Shown here: positions 58,767-64,000 of the stretch, piece by piece
Numbering within the stretch: the stretch's first letter is position 1
Layout of the letters: the number at the start of each line of letters is the position of its first letter
Origin: an uncultured Bacteroidota bacterium
GTDB taxonomy: Bacteria; Bacteroidota; Bacteroidia; Chitinophagales; Chitinophagaceae
Direction of reading: 5' to 3'
DNA length: 64,000 bases
NCBI GenBank assembly: GCA_903837525.1
Contig: CAILUU010000033.1
Coordinates: forward strand, 23,310 to 87,309
Notes under the pieces: model-generated
Databases searched by the model: none
The model's input: the letters and a program-made list of their open reading frames with translations, nothing else
What the model was told of the DNA's origin: nothing
Translations under genes and position numbers: made by a program

Positions 58767-60494
58767 TTGGATGAATTACTTTCCATAAAAAATTTATCTG
58801 TTTCATTTACCCAAGATGGTGAGGTAAATGAGGCTGTAAAAAATATTTCGATTGAGGTAAACAAAAACGAAATTATTGCTATTGTTGGTGAAAGTGGCAG
58901 TGGCAAATCTGTTACTGCCTTATCCATTTTACAATTACTTACCAAACAAACTACTGTAAGTGGCCAAATAGTTTTTAACCATGCAGGACATACAATTGAC
59001 TTTACAAAACTAACTAATAAAGAAATAAGTGCCTACAGAGGTAATGCAGTTAGTATGATTTTTCAAGAGCCAATGACATCACTTAATCCAGTATTTACCT
59101 GTGGGCAACAGGTAATGGAAGTACTTCAACTACATAAAAAAATTAGTAAAGAAGAGGCTAAACAACAAACCATTAAGTTATTTGAAAAAGTAAAACTTCC
59201 TAATCCTTCAACTATAATAAACCGTTATCCGCATGAGTTAAGTGGTGGGCAAAAACAACGGGTAATGATTGCTATGGCAATTTGCTGCAACCCCTCCCTA
59301 CTCATTGCTGATGAGCCTACCACAGCTTTAGATGTAACCGTACAAAAAACAATTTTAGAATTGTTGAAAGAATTACAAGTACAAAATCAATTAAGTATTA
59401 TTTTAATAACACACGATTTGGATTTAGTTGCAGATGTTGCAGATAAAATTGTGGTGTTATATAAAGGCGAATTAATTGAAAAGGGTACTACCAGATCAAT
59501 TTTAAAAAACCCACAGCATTGGTACACTAAAGCCTTACTTGCTTGTAGGCCAGTTGCAAATGCAAAGGGCAGTAGGTTACCAGTGGTTGCCGACTTTATT
59601 GAGTCAGGGATGGTGAGTGATTATTCGTCAGTGATCAGTCGTCAATCACCAATCAATCCTCACCACTCGCCACTCACCACTCAGCACTCTTGTTTTTCTC
59701 CCATTTTAACTGTAGAAAATTTAAGTGTTCATTTTGAAGAAAAGAAAAAACTGTTTATCAAGCCAAAAATTTTTAAAGCTGTTGATAATGTAACTTTTAC
59801 GGTATTTAAAGGAGAAACAATTGGCTTAGTTGGCGAAAGTGGTTGCGGCAAAACAAGCTTGGGCAGGGCTATTTTGCAACTTTTACCAACAACAAGTGGA
59901 AAAATAATATTAAATGGAAAAGATATGACGACCTTATCGCCAAAAATATTAAGAGAAAGTAGAAAAGATTTACAAATTGTTTTTCAAGATCCATACGGCT
60001 CGTTAAATCCAAGATTAAGTATTGGCGAAGCCATTATAGAGCCCCTAAACGTTCATTCAATTCTAAAAAATAAAAACGAACGAAAAGAAAAAGTAATGGA
60101 GCTATTACAAAAAGTAAATTTAAACCCCGACCAGTTTAATAGATATCCTCACCAATTTAGTGGTGGGCAAAGGCAGCGTATTTGTATAGCAAGAGCTTTA
60201 GCCTTAAATCCTAATTTTTTAATTTTTGATGAAAGCGTTAGTGCCTTAGATATTAGCGTACAGGCACAAGTATTAAATTTATTGAGCGACTTAAAAAGCG
60301 AATTTAATTTTACGTCTATTTTTATAAGCCACGATTTATCTGTTGTACATTATATAAGCGACCGAATTATGGTAATGCATCATGGTAAAATTGTAGAGCA
60401 AGGTAAGGCAGATGAGGTATACTTTAATCCTAAAGAACCCTATACACAAAAACTTATAGAAGCTATCCCAGGCAAAAAATTAGTTACTACTTAA
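58767..60494 (+). CDS. tandem (two-domain) ABC transporter ATP-binding protein, oligopeptide/dipeptide (DppD-DppF/YejF-like) type
   Basis: Two full sets of motifs: Walker A GESGSGKS / GESGCGKT, signature LSGGQKQR / FSGGQRQR, and Walker B. The only possible start in the open frame is TTG 58767 (stop at 58755). Confidence 0.88.
   Translation: MDELLSIKNLSVSFTQDGEVNEAVKNISIEVNKNEIIAIVGESGSGKSVTALSILQLLTKQTTVSGQIVFNHAGHTIDFTKLTNKEISAYRGNAVSMIFQEPMTSLNPVFTCGQQVMEVLQLHKKISKEEAKQQTIKLFEKVKLPNPSTIINRYPHELSGGQKQRVMIAMAICCNPSLLIADEPTTALDVTVQKTILELLKELQVQNQLSIILITHDLDLVADVADKIVVLYKGELIEKGTTRSILKNPQHWYTKALLACRPVANAKGSRLPVVADFIESGMVSDYSSVISRQSPINPHHSPLTTQHSCFSPILTVENLSVHFEEKKKLFIKPKIFKAVDNVTFTVFKGETIGLVGESGCGKTSLGRAILQLLPTTSGKIILNGKDMTTLSPKILRESRKDLQIVFQDPYGSLNPRLSIGEAIIEPLNVHSILKNKNERKEKVMELLQKVNLNPDQFNRYPHQFSGGQRQRICIARALALNPNFLIFDESVSALDISVQAQVLNLLSDLKSEFNFTSIFISHDLSVVHYISDRIMVMHHGKIVEQGKADEVYFNPKEPYTQKLIEAIPGKKLVTT
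59627..59689. repeat. nine consecutive degenerate heptanucleotide units inside the ABC ATPase interdomain linker
   Basis: gtcagtg atcagtc gtcaatc accaatc aatcctc accactc gccactc accactc agcactc. That is 63 nt, or 21 codons (SVISRQSPINPHHSPLTTQHS). Confidence 0.85.
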
Positions 60495-60520
60495 AAACAC
60501 TTTTTTTATTCCCATAAAAA

Positions 60521-61087
60521 TTAGTTCATTTTTGCAGAAAGGGCATATGGCTGACCATATTTTATTTTTTTAAATTTTATTTTCCTTTTTTTATAGGTTA
60601 GTACAAATAAATTATCAAACTCATTATCGCCTAAGTTTTCTATCGTATATTTTTTAACCCCTAAACGCCTTATTAATTTTGGCACAGTATTGCTATGCCC
60701 AACCACCAATATTGTTTTTCCATTACTATGGTTTTGATTTATTTTATTCACCAAATCGTTACCTATTGTATCTCCTAAATATTTTATTAGGGGAATATTG
60801 TACAATAATTTAATACTATCTGCTGTTTGAAGGGTACGTCTTGTATCTGTACTAAATATTGTTTGTATCCCTTTATTATTAAGTTTATGCATTAAATCTC
60901 CAGCCCGAGCAAAACCCGCTGTGGTTAGTGTGGGATTTTTACCTGTATCTTTTTCGGCATGGCGTACTACATAAATAGTAGTATTAGCTTCAAATAGTGG
61001 CTTTTGAGCCTTTAGATTTAATGAAAATGATGTAAGGAGTATATAAACTACAAAAGATGATTTTAGACCCATTTTTAGTTTTTTCAT
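60521..61087 (-). CDS. histidine phosphatase (phosphoglycerate mutase-like/SixA-like) family protein, secreted
   Basis: Signal peptide, catalytic RHAEK motif and a later GHSN motif. Confidence 0.8.
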   Translation of the reverse strand: MKKLKMGLKSSFVVYILLTSFSLNLKAQKPLFEANTTIYVVRHAEKDTGKNPTLTTAGFARAGDLMHKLNNKGIQTIFSTDTRRTLQTADSIKLLYNIPLIKYLGDTIGNDLVNKINQNHSNGKTILVVGHSNTVPKLIRRLGVKKYTIENLGDNEFDNLFVLTYKKRKIKFKKIKYGQPYALSAKMN

Positions 61088-61310
61088 ACAACAAAATAAC
61101 TAATACTTTTTTAATGCAACGAATGGTAAATAATAGACCTCTTTATTTGGCAACAAATTTGCTAAATTGCAACATTAAAAAACTGCCCTAAGGCTATGGT
61201 TATTACTTAAAAAGTAATAAAGTAAAAGAATCCTGAAAGTTTCGGGATGTTTCTTGCGAAGCCAATAAAGATTGGATTTGCACTAAAGTTGGGTATAAAA
61301 TAAAGTATAT

Positions 61311-63146
61311 ATGTGTGGAATTGTTGGTTATACAGGGCATAGACAGGCTTATCCCATAGTAATTACTGGCCTAAAACGTTTGGAATACAGAGGCTACGAT
61401 AGTACGGGTTTGGCACTTTTAAATCAGGGGTTAAATGTATATAAAAAGAAAGGCAGAGTAGCTGATTTAGAGGAAAGTATTATTGGAAAAGATCTGAAAG
61501 CTACTATTGGCATTGGCCATACCCGTTGGGCTACGCACGGAGAACCTAGCGATAGAAATGCTCATCCACACCAAAGCAAAAGTGGTAAGTTGGCTATGAT
61601 ACATAATGGTATAATAGAAAATTATGCACAAATAAAAAAAGAATTAGCTAATAAAGGCTACCAATTTACAAGCGATACCGATACCGAAGTTTTATTAAAT
61701 TTTATTGAAGATATTAGAGAAAATAATGAGTGTAATTTAGAGGAAGCAGTAAGAGTCGCGTTGAAAAGAGTAACAGGAGCCTATTGCATTTTATTAATTG
61801 ACGAAGATGACCCTGAAACAATTATTGCCGCAAGAAAAGGTAGCCCATTAGTAATTGGTGTTGGTAAAGGCGAACATTTTTTAGGTAGCGATGCTAGCCC
61901 TATGTTGGAGTACACCAAGGAAGTAGTATATGTAAACGATTATGAATTAGCTATTGTAAAACCCAATGAATTAATTCTTAAAAATTTAGGTAACGAAAAA
62001 ATTACTCCATTTATAACTAAGCTTGATATGGAATTAGCAGCTATTGAAAAAGGCGGCTACGAACATTTTATGCTTAAAGAAATATTTGAGCAACCTAGCA
62101 CCATACAAGATTGCTTACGAGGACGACTAGACGCAAATGCAGGTACGATAACAATGGCTGGCGTTGAAGATAATATGGAGCAACTAAAAAATGCAAACAG
62201 AATTATGATAGTTGCTTGTGGCACTAGTTGGCATGCAGGCTTAGTTGCAGAATATGTTATTGAAGAATTATGTAGAATACCTGTAGAGGTTGAATATGCT
62301 AGTGAATTTAGGTATCGTAACCCAATCATACATAAAGGCGATGTTATAATTGCTATTAGCCAAAGCGGCGAAACAGCTGATACGTTGGTAGCCTTAGAAA
62401 GAGCCAAAGAACAGGGTGCGTTTATTTTTGGTGTTGTAAATGCAGTAGGATCTAGCATTGCCCGTTTGAGCCATGCTGGTGCTTATACACATAGCGGCCC
62501 AGAAATTGGCGTAGCCAGTACCAAAGCATTTACTGGGCAATTAGCCGTGTTAAATATGATGGCATTAAAAATTGCAAAAGCAAAAGGAACTATAAAAACT
62601 GAATATTATTTACACCTATTGCAAGAGTTACAAGATGTACCCGAAAAAGTAGAAGCCATTTTAAAAAATGCGGATGAACTAAAAGTAATTGCCGCTAAAT
62701 ATGTAACTGCCCGAGACTTTTTATTTTTAGGAAGAGGTTACAATTTTCCAATTGCATTAGAAGGTGCTTTAAAGCTAAAAGAAATTAGCTATATACATGC
62801 AGAAGGCTACCCTGCTGCAGAAATGAAGCATGGCCCAATAGCTTTGGTAGATGAAAATTTACCCGTAGTTTTTATTGCAACAAAAGATAGCTACCACGAA
62901 AAAATTATAAGTAATATGCAAGAAATAAAAGCTCGAAAAGGCAAAGTTATTTCTATTATTACGGATGGAGATGAAGTAAGCCCAACTTTAAGTAACGATA
63001 CCTTTAGCATACCATCAGCCGATGAAATTATTGCTCCCATTCTTAGTGTAATTCCACTTCAGCTTTTATCGTATTATGTAGGTACATTAAAAGATGTAGA
63101 TGTAGATAAACCAAGGAATTTGGCTAAGAGTGTAACGGTGGAATAA
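61311..63146 (+). CDS. glmS: glutamine--fructose-6-phosphate aminotransferase
   Basis: MCGIVGY N-terminal nucleophile, two SIS domains and a C-terminal KSVTVE. Confidence 0.97.
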   Translation: MCGIVGYTGHRQAYPIVITGLKRLEYRGYDSTGLALLNQGLNVYKKKGRVADLEESIIGKDLKATIGIGHTRWATHGEPSDRNAHPHQSKSGKLAMIHNGIIENYAQIKKELANKGYQFTSDTDTEVLLNFIEDIRENNECNLEEAVRVALKRVTGAYCILLIDEDDPETIIAARKGSPLVIGVGKGEHFLGSDASPMLEYTKEVVYVNDYELAIVKPNELILKNLGNEKITPFITKLDMELAAIEKGGYEHFMLKEIFEQPSTIQDCLRGRLDANAGTITMAGVEDNMEQLKNANRIMIVACGTSWHAGLVAEYVIEELCRIPVEVEYASEFRYRNPIIHKGDVIIAISQSGETADTLVALERAKEQGAFIFGVVNAVGSSIARLSHAGAYTHSGPEIGVASTKAFTGQLAVLNMMALKIAKAKGTIKTEYYLHLLQELQDVPEKVEAILKNADELKVIAAKYVTARDFLFLGRGYNFPIALEGALKLKEISYIHAEGYPAAEMKHGPIALVDENLPVVFIATKDSYHEKIISNMQEIKARKGKVISIITDGDEVSPTLSNDTFSIPSADEIIAPILSVIPLQLLSYYVGTLKDVDVDKPRNLAKSVTVE

Positions 63147-63364
63147 TAAACACACTCCGCCCACCTAAGGGGAAGCTGTCTCTGCAATTATTAAAGTACT
63201 TTAGCATTGTACAAAATACTTAGCTCAATTAAGAGCTATTTAAATTTCTGATTGAGTTATAACTATTTTTTACGAACTTTAGTGTTACTAATTTTTGAAA
63301 ATTACGAAGTCTAAAAATATTATACACTAAAAATTTAAGTTCCCCCATTAGGGAACAGAGGTTC

Positions 63365-64000
63365 ATGAATATCATTCAAAAACATCCAGTAAATAAACTT
63401 GGCTATAATTTTATAGCTCCACAGTACATTCCTAAAGGAAAAGATGAATACCATTTGCGTAATAAACAAAATACAAGTGGAATAAAATACCGAAAACTTA
63501 CCTCCCTAGAAATAGAAGTGTTAGTACGCAATAGAAATGCATCAGATGATTGGAATAATATTTTAGTAGCCTCTCCTTTTAATGCGGAATTAATAAAAAA
63601 TTGTAAATTTTATGGCTTAGTACGTATTGGAATTTTAGAACCCTTTTATTTAGAGTTTCATAATTTAAGAATGTCTATTGGCTTATATAATAGCACCATT
63701 ATCAGTTGCGATTTTGGCAATAATGTATGTATAGATCATGTAAATTTTTTAAGCCACTATATTATTGGAAATGATGTTATAATAGCCAATGTAAATGAAT
63801 TAGCTTGTACCGATAATTCAAAATTTGGTAATGGAATCGTACAAGATGGGGAGGAGGAAAAAATAAGAACCTGGATGGAACTGTGTAATGAAAATGGCGG
63901 AAGAAAAGTAATTCCGTTTAATGGCATGTTGGTAGGTGATGCTTATATGTGGAGTAAGTACAGAGATAATATTGCCTTGCTAGATAAATTTACAGCATTT
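63365..64000 (+). CDS. DUF4954-like protein, N-terminal part (gene runs off the right edge)
   Basis: Open frame from ATG 63365 to the window end (212 codons). YRKLTSLEIEVLVRNRNASDDWNNILV...F.GLVRIG resembles the N-terminus of the Bacteroidota DUF4954 family. It is not in the ORF track because no stop lies in the window. Confidence 0.55.
   Translation, partial: MNIIQKHPVNKLGYNFIAPQYIPKGKDEYHLRNKQNTSGIKYRKLTSLEIEVLVRNRNASDDWNNILVASPFNAELIKNCKFYGLVRIGILEPFYLEFHNLRMSIGLYNSTIISCDFGNNVCIDHVNFLSHYIIGNDVIIANVNELACTDNSKFGNGIVQDGEEEKIRTWMELCNENGGRKVIPFNGMLVGDAYMWSKYRDNIALLDKFTAF

Noticed and set aside
61088-61310. Possible glmS ribozyme in the 223-nt leader of glmS.
   Set aside because: I looked for the conserved core and found only three simple hairpins (61200..61220, 61230..61248, 61262..61275). 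None of the characteristic ribozyme core sequences is present, and the ribozyme is mainly a Gram-positive feature. An Rfam scan would settle it.

Overview
Visibly AT-rich 64-kb chromosomal segment that reads as core genome of a member of the Bacteroidota; the order or family cannot be resolved without a database search. Lineage evidence: a SusC/SusD pair, a T9SS type-B (gliding-motility) C-terminal sorting-domain protein, the nusB-DUF1573-yajC-coaE arrangement, a GH3-family gene, and TAnnTTTG -7 promoter boxes in front of many genes and both tRNAs. I call about 57 protein-coding genes, nearly all housekeeping: dxr, mtaB, clpS, groES/groEL, nusB, yajC, coaE, hppA, coaD, pyrR/pyrB, pruA, prfB, ung, serA, ychF, queA, kdsA, acnA, mgtE, mutS, ubiX and glmS. 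There are also 2 tRNAs (Val-TAC, Arg-TCT), several clear rho-independent terminators and 3 gene remnants. I found no rRNA, CRISPR array, transposase, integrase, phage gene or recognisable defence gene, and no convincing novel multi-gene system, so I do not claim one. Items worth a second look: (1) an OmpA-like peptidoglycan-binding ORF with no start or signal peptide, whose frame joins the C-terminal tail of the membrane pyrophosphatase by a single-nucleotide (-1) shift at CCA_AAA_C; (2) an orphan BlaI-type repressor with two perfect TACGA-N6-TCGTA operators and a decayed BlaR1 stub; (3) 7-nt-periodic tracts, one sitting in frame inside the linker of a tandem ABC ATPase; (4) a short GC-rich motif recurring in an unusually long groES-groEL spacer and downstream of glmS; (5) a SusC/SusD locus with two DUF4397-like lipoproteins and no enzymes or regulator. 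All protein identifications rest on motifs recognised by eye in the supplied translations. No searches were run.
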